A stretch of DNA of 62,458 bases, filler included, from Sphacelaria rigidula (lineage: Eukaryota): assembly GCA_964200075.2 (NCBI GenBank). It is 6 parts of 6 records of this genome, joined end to end, with 100 filler letters (N's around TTAATTAATTAA, not from the genome) between each part and the next. Parts side by side here need not be neighbours in the genome. Positions count along the whole stretch, not along the records: positions 1 to 10,329 come from CAXNAA020006713.1; positions 10,430 to 20,757 come from CAXNAA020006714.1; 4 more parts are not named here. One strand, 5' to 3'. Below, one piece after another: positions 1-12,167 of this stretch (position 1 is the first letter of the stretch; the number at the start of each line of letters is the position of its first letter). The notes below the pieces were generated by a model. The model did no database searches. It saw nothing but the letters and a program-made list of their open reading frames with translations, and was not told the origin of the DNA. The translations under genes and the position numbers were made by a program.

Positions 1-807
1 TTTTGGGGGGGGGCTATCGTAGAAAGTGTCAAGTGTTGTCAAGTTCCCGTTTCTGCGGGGAGCACGGATGTTTTTTTTTTTTAATCGTGACCTGCTGCAT
101 CCATTCTCGTCTGTGATTGGTTGGTTGGGTGGTTGACTGAGTCCCTCGCGTCAACTGATTTTACTACAGATGAAGACGCAGTCACTGGGTGTACTCGAAG
201 CCCAGGTGAAAGAACGGAAGCATTCGCCGAACAAGAATCGAGCAGAAACGGCGACAGTTCGGAGACACGAGACGGAAGGAAAGAAAAACGACAAACGGAA
301 ACCAAACAAAAAATATATAGAAACAAGATGGTGACAGATATATGAAGCGAGCAATGCTGGTCGGTTGAGTAGGTTGACCTCAGGTCGACGCACATGAGCG
401 ATGGCTGAACGTGAACTGTACCTGGTTTCACTGTTTACCGTCGTAGTCGGATCTCCATATGGTGACATGGCCCACAGTTTTGTCTGTTTTGGTTATGGTT
501 TTTCAGTATACTCCTTTCCCTTGTTTTATCTTTTTTTCGTCCCCCCCCCCTCCCCCTCTCACACTTTTCGTTTTATTTGACGAGCATTCCGTTTTGTTCA
601 CTTTGTGTACATCAATCATGTGGATAATAACCTCATACCACGGCTGGGTCCTCCGGGGATTAGTTCACGTGTGATAATCAAATCGACCAATAAATCAAGT
701 CCCGAATGCACCGCACGCGTTGCCTAGAACACCCTCTGCACTCCCCTTGCCCGAGGGCTCTCGGTTTGCCTTGGGTTGGTAATTGGGTTTGCGTTACCGT
801 AACCTAC

Positions 808-839
<32 letters not shown>

Positions 840-1835
840 TATATCCTACTTGCTGGTCTGAGACAACGCTTTACCTCCTCCCCGACGATGAGATACGCAT
901 ATCCTCTCCTCAAGCACCTTCACGCGGCGTATAATTTGAAGTACTACACGGCTCGGACGAATCATCGCCGTTTCGAATAACTAAATCCACGATTTCTCAG
1001 GCCTGATTTATCGAAAGAGGGAAAAAAAGCCGACCGCTGGTTAAACAGTCTCCACGCAACTTTTGCGCCATTCCACGTGCCTGGGCTGCGCGTACGTGTG
1101 TTGCAACGCTGAAAACGAAGCGTGAGGATTGATTCGTACCGTACGAATCAATCATACTAAAATCAAGTCATTTCCGGACGAATCGTTACTTCGCCCGGCC
1201 CTTGAAATACTAGCCAATTTGCGAGAGGGTCACAAGATGCTTCTAAGCGCATGATGTAGGGGTACTATGGGAACATCGACACCCTTGATATGTACCCCTA
1301 GGACCAGCAGTCACATCACCGTTCGGTTGTGATGGACCAAAACGGTGGATACCACCCCCGGGGACGGCTATTTTCCTATCCCTGGAAGAACCATGGACCC
1401 CACCTCCGCATGAGACTTTGACGTTATTTTTAGGGTGATTTCTATATAGACGTACGCACCATGCATCAATTTCCGACCCTTGATGAGGTCTTCAATGTTA
1501 TGAAATGGTCGAAACAAAAGAGGGGCAACATTAGCCTGCAAGTTGGTCAAGATTCCAAGGGCAGGTCGAGTAGAGTATGTACTTTTGAGTACTCGAGGAA
1601 AACACGAGTATGTACTCAACTCAATTTTTGACTAGGTCTAGTACGGCCTCAAACATTTTTCTCAAATTAGGAGTAGGTTGTACGGTCTCAAATACCCGAC
1701 TCAAATTTTGAGTAGATTGAGTACAGCCTCTATTTCGAAGGGAAATCGGGGTGGGGGTGGGGGGGGTTAGAAGTACGACAACAGTATAGGGTAACAAGTC
1801 CCAAATATCGAAGTACAGCTTGTATGAAAGCCGTA

Positions 1836-2954
1836 CACGCTGGTTCAGATTGAACGCACAAAATTTTGACCCCGGGAATTCTTCACGCCGTTTTTTCGAG
1901 TTAGACCACGAAATTTTGCACACATATTTTGGAAGGCAGTATCTCAAACTCGAAGAATGTTTATTTTTATTTTATTTTTTGTGTCGAGGTAGCCGGGATC
2001 TGACCCCCCTCCGGTCAAGTATTCCAGCCGGGACCCCGAATAACCGGCCACCAAGACAAAAATAACCTCCCCCCCTCTTCGAGTTTTAGATACTGACGTC
2101 CAGAACATGTGTACAAACTTTCACGGTCTAACTCGAAGAAACGGCGTGAGGAAATTGCAAAACATGCGCTAAAGTATAAGCAAGTCTGTAATTACTTGAT
2201 TCAAGTACAGAATCGTCCTTTTTGGGGGTTGTTTTCACGGTAAAAAGAACCAGCCGATTCAGTTTTTCGAGTTGAGCAACGAAAATCGGTACACATGTTC
2301 CTTGGGGTACCACCTAACTCTAAGATGTCAAAATTTTGGTGTTGGGGCATTCTGTACCGGTTTCCTGGGATCTTTATGCTGGGATCCCCGGAAGCCGGTA
2401 GAGAACGGACAAACTTTGAAATCTTGCCAAGAATATATATTTTTCCATTCGGGACATCAATACCTACGGAACTGCCAAGTTTGAGGAGGATCTGAGCTTT
2501 TCTCCAGCAGATAAAAGGGAAATCGTCACGAGGCTCCGTGGGTCTTTCGTACGTATCATGAGTGGAAATTAGACGACGCCAAAGCTCCGTATCACCGAAA
2601 CATTACGGTTTTGGGCAAAATTCGACCCCGTCGGAACCGTTTTCAACTCTGTTTCTCCCGTTAGATTCCCAAGCTGATGACGGTTACTACGATTTGAACC
2701 ATGTGAAGATTCGGTGGAAACTGGGCTTGGAATTCGTATTTTCAATTTCGGAACAATTTAAAAGGCGCTGATTGGTCGAGACATATTTTTGTCCACAGCA
2801 CCACCGCTATAGCCTTGAACAAAAACCCGGCTATGTCACCCTTTTCGTCTGTTCATTGCGTTCAGTATGATAACACATTTGTGCATATTGGCTGGGTATT
2901 TCGTTCGTCATCAGACGGGGTCGAAATTTTGTGCGTTCAATCTGAACTAGCCCG
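1836..2954. mobile_element. Non-autonomous TIR element (MITE) with TA target-site duplication, Tc1/mariner-type
   Basis: 39-bp TIRs: CACGCTGGTTCAGATTGAACGCACAAAATTTTGACCCCG vs right end reverse-complemented CGGGCTAGTTCAGATTGAACGCACAAAATTTCGACCCCG (4 mismatches). TA at 1834-1835 and 2955-2956. No transposase ORF. Confidence 0.75.
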
Positions 2955-3659
2955 TAATGATATATGAAGGTTGCACATTATTGTTTAATTATTATTATTT
3001 CCGTCTTGTTAGCTTCATGTCTCGAATCCGTGGTCACAGAGTGCGAGGAGCATACCATCCACGACTAATGCCGAGATAGCCCACCCCACAAGAAGTGCAC
3101 CGGAGACCGTCCGACAAACCGGCTGCGATCCCACTATTGGGCACGTGTGCAGCAATTTCACCCACATGAGAGGCGTGTAGCAGTCCGAAATCAGCTACTA
3201 TATAAGGCCCAAATGAGTCGCGTCGTGCAGCACGAAACCAGCTCTAACGGCGTTTATGATCATCGCCTCCGTGCACTTTTGGGGTCGGTTCGGGGCGGGG
3301 GGGGGGGGGGGGGGGGGGGACCATGATTGTCGCCACTGAGCCTTAATACAGACAAACAAAAACAAGAAAAAGAAGANNNNNNNNGGGGGGGGGGGGGGGG
3401 GGGGGGGGGGGGGAGTATCTCGGCAGCAGACCCATCATACTCGTACACCAAAAAAGCTAAGAGAGGAAAGCTTGAAGCAAAAACTCGACGCGACAAAACT
3501 GCACCTACGCGCGCAAGAAATCCGTATACCGGTCGAACTACAGGAAACCGACTGAGAACCAATGAAGTCCCGGCGTGCAACCTCATTGACTACTTCGCCA
3601 CGCATTGGTGTTCTACACGGTGTAGTAAAAGCGAGTTCGTTAATCGAGATGTCATCCGG

Positions 3660-3852
3660 TGTGATTTCCACCGTGGAAAGCTTGAGAACGTGAGTGGACA
3701 AAGTAGTCGACTGAGTTTGTCTGGCGTGAGTTGATGCGGTGCGGGAGTGCTGATCCAATCCGCGAGATCAAAATGCAAGGCGAGTACCGGGGGAGAGATG
3801 GGTTGATCCCTTGAGACCATGGACTCATTCCGAGGAAGGGGAGGGGTTCAAA
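3660..3852 (+). mobile_element. SINE family A, 3' body and tail
   Basis: GGGTTGATCCCTTGAGACCAYGGACTCA..CCGAGGAAGGGGAGGGGTTCAAA is shared with copies at 12655-12903, 15430-15565, 24163-24200 and 30050-30802. Confidence 0.65.
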
Positions 3853-5194
3853 TTGATTTATTGATTTTGTTTGATTGTCGCACTTCAACTAATCCCCAGG
3901 ATTCATGATTTAGCCGTGGTCACATGATAGACGTACCCGAAAAAAAAAAACGGAAACACTCGCTGAAAAAAAAAAAAAGGAATAGGGAAAAAGTGGAACA
4001 TAACGACAAGTAGACTACGACGGTAAAAAACAAAAATAATAAAGAGTGAAAAAAAAAAAATCGGGACAGGAAGCAACCCCCAATAGATGTCATGTCTAAA
4101 GCGCTGCTTGAAGAGATGCCTCTACAGCGCCGCGATGATGGAAACGGAACAAACGTAAGAGAGGGAGATGTGAAGAAAAAAAAGAAGAAAAAATCAAAAG
4201 AAGGACGAGCCGATCGCAAAGAGGAGGAAACATCGGAAAATCCGTTCTCCCTTGGGTTCTACAGTAGCCAAGTACGAGCAGCATCGTCATAGAAACAAAA
4301 CATACGGGGCGTGTCTAGCCTATACACCACATAGCGCTATCAGCATGATTGCAGAATTTGTCCAGAGTGTCCTATATTCAACCATGAAAACATGCCATAA
4401 AATCTGTACGTAGTGACGGCGACAAAAACCCCCAACCATTGATCAAAATCCATTTGAAAAATGATATTCCGCTCCTCAAGGAAATGTGCCGTCCTACTCT
4501 GTTCTTCTCCGCTCCGGGTTCCTGCTTGGCTGCGAGGTCGACATCCTGACGATGCCATCCGTCCATACTAGCGTCCATGACCGACGCTTTCATCCATCCT
4601 CGCCAGTGTCCATGGTCCTGCATGTTCTCGTCGTTGTTCGCAGTCATGCAGAATATTTTCAGGGTTGTCCTCGGTGCTTTACCCGCAGTGAAAAAACGCG
4701 ATTTCCTGCGATATTTGGATACTATCTCTACTAATTGCTGCCTTTCATCCACCCCTCCTTCCCCACAGGTGGTGTGTTGTTATGCGGTGCTCTTCTTGTT
4801 ATGGCCAGTATATTTGTACACATGGCTGTCCCTCTAGGGGTACAAGGATAGAACCCTGAGATTCTCATCGCTATGGCTGGTGATCTTGGTCTCTGAGGTT
4901 AGCTCCATTCCTGTTTGGACTCGCGTGTGGAGTAGACCATTGGGCCCTGCTTCCAGTAGCCCGAACGGTCGCCCGCAGCATCGAAATTTGGGAGGTTGGC
5001 AGTAATTTTCCCCTTATTTTTATGACTATATGTTTTTTATTCGTTTGCTTCATGTTTCTTTTTTTGTCGCGTCTGTGTGAATTTATCCTGGGTCCGATTT
5101 GGATAGTTAGCCTGTTAACCACCGAAGGCGTCCGCATCAGATGCCTAGTACAGAGTACCGCGGAGATATCGGGACAGGTTTTTCTTATCTAAAG

Positions 5195-5195
<1 letters not shown>

Positions 5196-5239
<44 letters not shown>
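5196..5239 (+). repeat. (ACA)n microsatellite
   Basis: Perfect trinucleotide run. Confidence 0.95.
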
Positions 5240-6157
5240 TTCGTCGTACCGCGCAAATTTGCAACACCCAACACCCATGAACCGCCGTACCGCGGATCCG
5301 TTGGTAACCGGGCCGCAGGTATGACAACCGCGCGGTACTCTACCGGACTTAATCGAAACCGTGCCAAGTACCGCGCAATACATATTTTTTTTTCCCCTTG
5401 ACGGAAGGAAGAAACCTGACCCAACGCTTACCCCGCAAGCGGGTTCGTGGGCCGATTACCCGTAGGCTCGGCCAGACTGCCTCGCGGTAATCGTGTGAGG
5501 CAGGCGCCTCGAGCGTTCGCAAGCTTTGCTCAAGGCAGTATGGGGGGCGGACCCACTACACCTCCTATCAACTTGGTGCAGTACACACACCATCATGCTC
5601 CTATGAGCTTCGGCCTTAGTGATAGACGTGCTTCGTATTACCGCACCGCCGTGAGGTTATGAAGCGAAAACCGCGGTACCGCTCGTCAAAAGATATGCCG
5701 TTCGGCCTCCGTTGAAGTGATTTTGTTTTCTCCAATATTTTTTGTGTTTGAATATTTCAATTTCCCATAAGCTTCATGGATGAGACATTTCGACTCTAGA
5801 ACTGGAGTGCATGACGAAGGAGGAGCTGTTCACACAAAGGGAAGCAGTGGTCGTTGCACAGCGAATTTTGATCGGTATTGATCTGCGCTTGCAGATTTTA
5901 CGCTGTCGGCCACGATTCCCGGGTTAAACAAACACAACCCTGGGACGTTGAGCAAGTGCTGCTAGACGCGTTGCGCCTAAAATCGTTTCCTCTCACAGAA
6001 TCGAGGCTGTCAACATGCTGCACTAGCAATGCCCCCCAGCATGATGCGTCATACCACAGTACGATACACAGAGTAGAACAACTCGCACTCCGACAGCGGG
6101 AGACGTCATTGTCAGAGATTGGGGTGACGATCACACTGTGCTACGTTTTGGTGAAGA

Positions 6158-7644
6158 TGGCCCACTTGACTCTGGCAGATGTGACGATGCTCACTGTGCC
6201 TGACCTACGCCCTGTGACCACTCATGCAGCACCGTCAGGCAACGGTGTGCGCGACTCATTTTCAGACTTTTCCTGTGTAAACGACCATGAGAAGCATGTA
6301 TTGGCGATCATCACTATTCTGTGAATGACCCACTCTTGAGCTTAGTAGCCTTGAACATTCTGCGTATTGTTTATTTGAAAATTGATTCAGACCGCCTCAC
6401 TACGCCAGGGCATACACGCCAGACGAACCACCCCAACGCTGTACTTCCTTGCCCGCCCGATGTATGCTCTTTTCTTTGTCACAAACACAGGCCACCATCG
6501 ATACTGCAACATGAAGACTGCTGCGACCACCGCTGCTGCCGCTGACGTCAATTGAGTCATCGCCGTGGAGGTACGCCCTGCTTTGGACACGGCTCCGCTG
6601 GCGGTCGCCCGCCCCTCCATTGGCACCGTCTCCGACGTCCTTACTGCCCCATCGACTTACATCTGCAGCCGCACCGCCTGTCTCCACGCTCCGCACTATA
6701 GCCCCAGCTCCGGCCCTGGTCCGGGCTCCAGCCCCGCCGTCGGCTCTCGTCGCAATCGCTCCGTCGTTCGACGCCGCCGCCGTGCCGACCCGTCTCCGAT
6801 GCTGGCTTGGTCTCCGACGCCGTTGGTGCTCCACCCACCATTTTCTCCGCATTCTTCATCTGTATCCACGCCCCGTGCAGTGTCTACGCTCCGTGCCGTA
6901 GCTCCAATCTCCATCCCGATCCCGGCTCCAGCCCCGCTGTCGGTTCCCGTCGCTACCGCTCCGTCGGCCGATTCCGCCGCCGTGTAGACCGCAACGCCAG
7001 CCGCGCTCACATCTACCCATCCATTGGCCCCTTCGGCAGCACCCTCAGCCCCGGACACCCTGTCGTTACGGGAAGTAGACTCGTGCCCATCATCCTGCCC
7101 CATTCGTATTTTCACCACCCCGGGATGTACCCGGAACGGAGAGGACGAACTCGTCGCCCAGTCCTGCGAACATGAGGTTCGCCGTCATGGTCAAATGATT
7201 GCGGCCTGGCGGGCCGCAGATTGCAAAGGTGAACAGCTTATCATCACCCAAAGGCATGATTACTCTCACGGCGTCACGATCGAGGCCATGGCCGCCGCCA
7301 GCATGAAGTCGCTCGCCGCCTTCACAACGCGCACCAACATGCACTCGCCGCTGTTCGCCACCAAGCGATTCAGCATCGAGCGTCCAGCGAACGCGAGACC
7401 ACCCTTTCAGTCCGGCGAGCGGGGAGCAAGTCACATTCTTCATCCAACCTCCACCTCCACCGCTTTCCCCCCGCCTCGTTCACCTCGTAGCTATATTACC
7501 GGCCGCGTCATTCGGCGCCGCCGACTGCTCCCTCGTTGGCACAGGCTGCTGTCTCCACCGCAACACCAATGGTCGGTGCCTCGGCTGTTGTGGCTCTTCC
7601 CACAGGTGGGGCTGGGCAGCCGGAAAGTTGGTGCATCCTGCTGA
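6158..7644 (+). pseudogene. Decayed, frameshifted ORF of unknown (possibly gag-like retroelement) origin with a Pro/Ala-rich linker
   Basis: Protein-like segments in shifting frames: MAHLTLADVTMLTVPDLRP..., then AVSTLRAVAPISIPIPAPAPLSVPVATAPS, then EDELVAQSCEHEVRRHGQMIAAWRAADCKGEQLIITQRH. There is a ~200-bp internal tandem duplication (~6680-6790 vs ~6880-6990). No domain recognised and no LTRs found. Confidence 0.35.
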
Positions 7645-8255
7645 CTACTTCCATCGGTGGAACGAATAGCAACAGTCGAGGTACCAGCCGTGGGTGTTCT
7701 GGTGGAGACCGTAGCTTGTGTCGATGACGGAACGGTCGGCTGCGCCGATTTCATACGGCCTGCGCGAGCTGGTGTCAGCTGACATAGGGGGTCAGCATGG
7801 CGAGGTCAACCAGGGGGAGGGGGGGATAGGTTGTACGGAGCACGTGACTCTCCGACGCTGGCCTGCGAGGGTGGGTGGCCTAGAGCTCGAGATGTGCTCG
7901 ATTTTGAATAGATTTGATGAGTCTTGTACTCGGCGTCCGATTGTCATGACTGTTGGCAACAGCGGCGAGTGCATGTTGGTGGTCGTTATGGCAGCGGTGA
8001 GCGGCTTCGCGGTTGCTGGCGGCGGTGGTGGCCTCGGTCGTGCCGTGATGAAGGGGATCGTGCCTTCAGGTAACGATGAGCTGTTCGCCTCAGTCATCCG
8101 CGGTACGCTAGGCCACACACGGTTGGTTATGATGGTGAACCTCATGTTTGCAAAACTGGAGGAACAGGTCGTCCTGCCGGCACTCGTGGCGGTAAAAGCG
8201 CCAATTGGCGGAGATGGTGAACACGCACCGTGCCTCCTCCGCCCTCTACCTGTTT
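7075..8255 (+). repeat. ~1.2 kb imperfect inverted repeat, predicted rod-like RNA hairpin
   Basis: Arms pair around a centre at ~7630, e.g. 7534-7591/7669-7726, 7203-7260/8057-8114 and 7165-7197/8120-8152. These blocks are ~74% Watson-Crick and ~91% paired when G·U is allowed on the + strand. Confidence 0.85.
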
Positions 8256-9549
8256 TGATTCCTCTCAGGAACATTACTCTCCCCATGCCCTAAGATCACA
8301 CGCCGAGACTGAAAAGTGACTCACGCCTCCTAGACTTGGACTGGAACCTGGAATCTTGATCAACGTTCATCAATCGTCCGAGGATAGATCTTTTCGGGGC
8401 CGCTATCGGAGTCTGGTCGTCTGCTCGTACGCTTTTTTTCGAAGTTTTTGTTCTTTTTATGGTTTGCACTCATGGATTTCGGCTGACTCGACTTATTTTG
8501 GTCCTATCGTCTAGCATACGCCCTTCCTCCGTGTAGAGGCATAGCTGACTGTCATATTTGTTTTTGTTGTTTCATTGTTGCCACAGGTTTCAGGAGATTC
8601 TACCTCATTGTGAGAAGAAGTTTGGCATGGAGGGGCCAAACGTTGTGTTCCTCCGCTATGGTATGGATTATCAGTTGTCGGGTTGGAGCGATAATTCCCC
8701 GGTGACGGGCGAGAGAGACGGGCTTCGGTTTTGTTCGTCTTGTACGGCGTTATTTGGATATTTGGGACTTTTCTTTTCAATGCATATTTTGGAGTCTTGA
8801 TGGCGCAATATTGTTGCTCCATAGCGACTCGGATGCAAACTTAACGAGGGCGTGTCTAGGTGGGCTGTTGTAGTAAGACTCAAAGGCGGTACATCGTATT
8901 GGATCCTGCCCGCATAGATCCATTCGTAGAACGTGGTACTGGTGTGTGATCCAGTGATTTGCTCCAGTTGACACATCAACGATTATATTCCAAATTATAT
9001 CGGGTTATTCGACGTGGTATGGTAGCAGAGGAATATCCTGTACCTTTGCAGGTACCAGTACTCGTTTTTTACAGGTGAGGGTCTCGGATCGTTTAGGGGA
9101 GTGATACCGCAGTAACCCCCCCCTTCCCCTATACCAGCGCCAAAGCTGCCACGAAGATTACGGCCATATAGCGCATGATGGCTGATTTCAGACTGCATAC
9201 AACACCTCATGTGGGCGTCATGAGAACCCAAGCGTGGGAGTTCCGAGCTACTCGGTGTGCTGGGGTTTTGTAATTTGGATTCACATGTACACTTCGCCTT
9301 CTGAAACAGCCATCACTCAGGGACTGTGCCACACGCCCGTGTAGCTCACTCTGTCGCTCCTTCCCGTTTTCATGTTCTGGTGGCGGTGTGCTCTGAGTTG
9401 AGTGCGCGGTTAATAGCTTGTAGCTTGATAAATGTTTCGCTACCGACAAGTCAAGCGGCGGTGAACGAAGCCGATTGTGTGGTGAGGGCACTGTACTTGA
9501 ACACCCTTTATGTACGAGCTGGGCCAGCCGAGAAGCGAATTCCTAGTTT

Positions 9550-10090
9550 GTAGGCCCATTAACCGGCCAATGTTTAGAGTTAGACCTGAAATTATGTATA
9601 CGTCATAATAAAAACAAATACCAGTGCACACAAGGTTTTTTTTTCTCATGAGTTGAGGGCAATAATCAGTTTTCAGGTATCAGAACAATACCCGTCACTC
9701 ATGGGAGAAAAAAACCCTGTGAGCACTGGTATTTGTTTTTATTATACTCTATTCATTGTCCATACCAAATTTCAGGGTCCAACTCTGAACATTTGCCGGT
9801 TAACCCTTTGGGAACTAAAGTGCTGATTCTTGTTTTGTGAATCTTTGTGAATTGGCATCATTTTGACTTGAAAATGACTGAAAATTATGCCGATTCACCA
9901 AAACAAAGATCAGCACTCCCTGGGGGTCTAGTTCCCAAAGGGGCCTGCAAACTACAAATTCAGTACAATATCCTTAACTCATGAAGAAAAAACTTGTGTG
10001 CACTGGTATTTGTTTTATTATGCCCTACTATTCATTGTCTATACCAAATTTCAGGATCCAACTCTAAATATTGGCCGGTTAATGGGCCAT
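9550..10090. mobile_element. Foldback/MITE-like element with ~100-bp inverted arms and an extra internal arm copy
   Basis: GGCCCATTAACCGGCCAAT...AATAAAACAAATACCAGTGCACACAAG (9553-9655) is inverted at ~9975-10090, with a third copy at ~9700-9805. Confidence 0.6.
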
Positions 10091-10329
10091 TTAGTGACAG
10101 GGTCAGAAGAAATTCGAAGCGATATTTTGTAGGCGAACTACCGGCCCACGTGCGGTGTTTGTGTATTAACACTTTGTGTGGGCCCTCCCTAGGGCGTTAT
10201 TAACAAAACAAGGTGGGTAAGAACAGTGGATTCTCGAAAATGGGCTTGAAACAAAAAATGAGGTTGAAGTCGCATTTCTCTATTGCAGAGAAGATACGAA
10301 ACAGTAACACAGAGCGAAAGTATCTTCCC

Positions 10330-10429
10330 NNNNNNNNNNNNNNNNNNNNNNNNNNNNNNNNNNNNNNNNNNNNTTAATTAATTAANNNNNNNNNNNNNNN
10401 NNNNNNNNNNNNNNNNNNNNNNNNNNNNN
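10330..10429. other. Artificial contig linker (N44-TTAATTAATTAA-N44)
   Basis: 100-bp N block with a central TTAATTAATTAA (stops in all six frames). The same linker occurs five times between contigs of 10329, 10328, 10326, 10325, 10325 and 10325 bp. Confidence 0.98.
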
Positions 10430-10589
10430 GGCCAAAGAGAGAAACAAAGAACGGAGGGAAAAAAGGTAAAAAGGCCGTGGGAAAGGGGCGGCGGAGATGG
10501 AAGGGGGGGGGGGGACATGACAGTGTGACAAAAAAAAAGATGTGGTGAACACCTAGAATGTAAAGGGGGAGACAGCACCTCTTTTTCCT

Positions 10590-10800
10590 TCCTTTTTTTT
10601 TACAGTATTGCGTCAGAGGAAGAACCTTCCACCTCGGGGATCGTGAGATCGCGAGTTTGTTCAAATACGACCTCGATCAAACGGTAAAAGGGGACTAAAC
10701 CTTCTTTTTTTTTTACAATACAGCGTCGTCAGAGAACCTTCCACGTCGGAGATTGTACGATTGCGAGTCAGTTCAAATACGACCTCGATCAAATGCGAAA
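10590..10800 (+). repeat. Two-unit tandem duplication (~113-bp period)
   Basis: AGAACCTTCCAC...GCGAGT...GTTCAAATACGACCTCGATCAAA occurs twice. Confidence 0.8.
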
Positions 10801-12167
10801 ATAAGAGGGAAACAAAAAAAAAGAGAGATGGATGCACCCGCCAAAAGTTGACCCGCCCGGACCTACCTATGGCATGTACAATTTCCGTGCCATACCATTG
10901 AAATGATGAATAATTGCATAGTTGATATTGGCCGCTCGATCAACTTTCTTCGTTTCATTCGATAATAGGTTTCATTCTCCTTTCGATTTTTATGTTTATT
11001 TTCATCTTCATTTTCATGCTCTCCTCTCCTTCTTCCTGTGCGGTATTTTCCTCGCTCTGCTGCTGTAAACATACATGAAAAAGACCAAGGTCACTTCTAG
11101 CCAACTCTCTGTTGCTTCCTTGCCTCTCTCCTGCCGGCTTCACTCACCGCCGTCTCCACCGCTTGCGCCGTCAGACTCGGCCACCCCACCCAGTTTTCGC
11201 CTTTTGCTTTTTGATGACGGATCTGCCGTCCCCAGACCTTGTTCCTTTGCGTCGCTCTTTGCCTGCAGACATGGCGAGACGGGGGGCGTACTCGTTTGCG
11301 GCTGCATTCAGAATCGGCATCATTTTCACTCGATCATGTTGAATATGATACATCGGGAGAGACGAGTTGAGAATAGAAAGAAACGAGATGACGGTGTGAG
11401 ACGACCGGCGTGCCATCGCTCTCCACTGAGTGCCGTCTACTCTCGGAGCAGGGCTCCAACACCTCAAGCGTATTTTTTTCATCTCGTATGCATGTCTCTC
11501 CCTCCCTGTTCAGCTGCTACAGCGCTTTTTCCTCATCATGATCGATGGCTACGTGCAACGCTTCTTCCAGATTTGTTCCTCTTCTTAATCTTATTTCAGT
11601 CGACATCATCGGCATCATGATTGAGACATATCCTTGACCTCGAGTCATTGCGGTCGAAAATATAACTTCATTACTTTCCTTTCTCGGGTCGAACGGCAGC
11701 ACCTCATACTCTGTGGGTCGGTTTAAAACCTCGTGAGCATGCTTTCTCCTCGGGTCGTCTGTTAACTCATCAACGGGCGCTGACCCTTTGTGTGCACGTC
11801 TTTCTTTTTTTCACACAGTCAGGCCCACCTTCTCTCACAACCACGACCAGTTAACATGTGCCTTGGCTGCCAATTGTTTTAGCGTGGCAGCGCTAGCCGC
11901 CGAATTCTTGTAGTACGTATTTGTACATACATACAAGGATCGGACGTGGCCGCCTATCGGCGGCCACGTCCTCTAGGATAGGTGTGGAAAGGGATTAATT
12001 TAATTTGGGAGATGGTAAAGGCAATGACTCCTACCAAGAGGTTGAGCCAAAGATTGGATATCTGTATCGATTATGACACTATGTTATATGTGATGAGTAG
12101 AAAATGGAAGATCCGGCACGGGCGTAATGTTTGATTCGTTCGTTCGCGCATTTTTTTCACCCTTTCA

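Noticed and set aside
9125-9150. Minus-strand TGGCGCT as a primer-binding site for an LTR element
   Set aside because: No paired LTRs, TG..CA ends or TSD found around 5.9-9.5 kb.
9521-9540. Reverse complement TCGCTTCTCGGC resembling the U2 snRNA 5' end
   Set aside because: Only ~12 nt match, with no branch-pairing region or Sm site.
10330-10429. TTAATTAATTAA motif recurring every ~10.4 kb
   Set aside because: Synthetic linker inside N runs. Apparent neighbourhoods of genes on different contigs are therefore meaningless.
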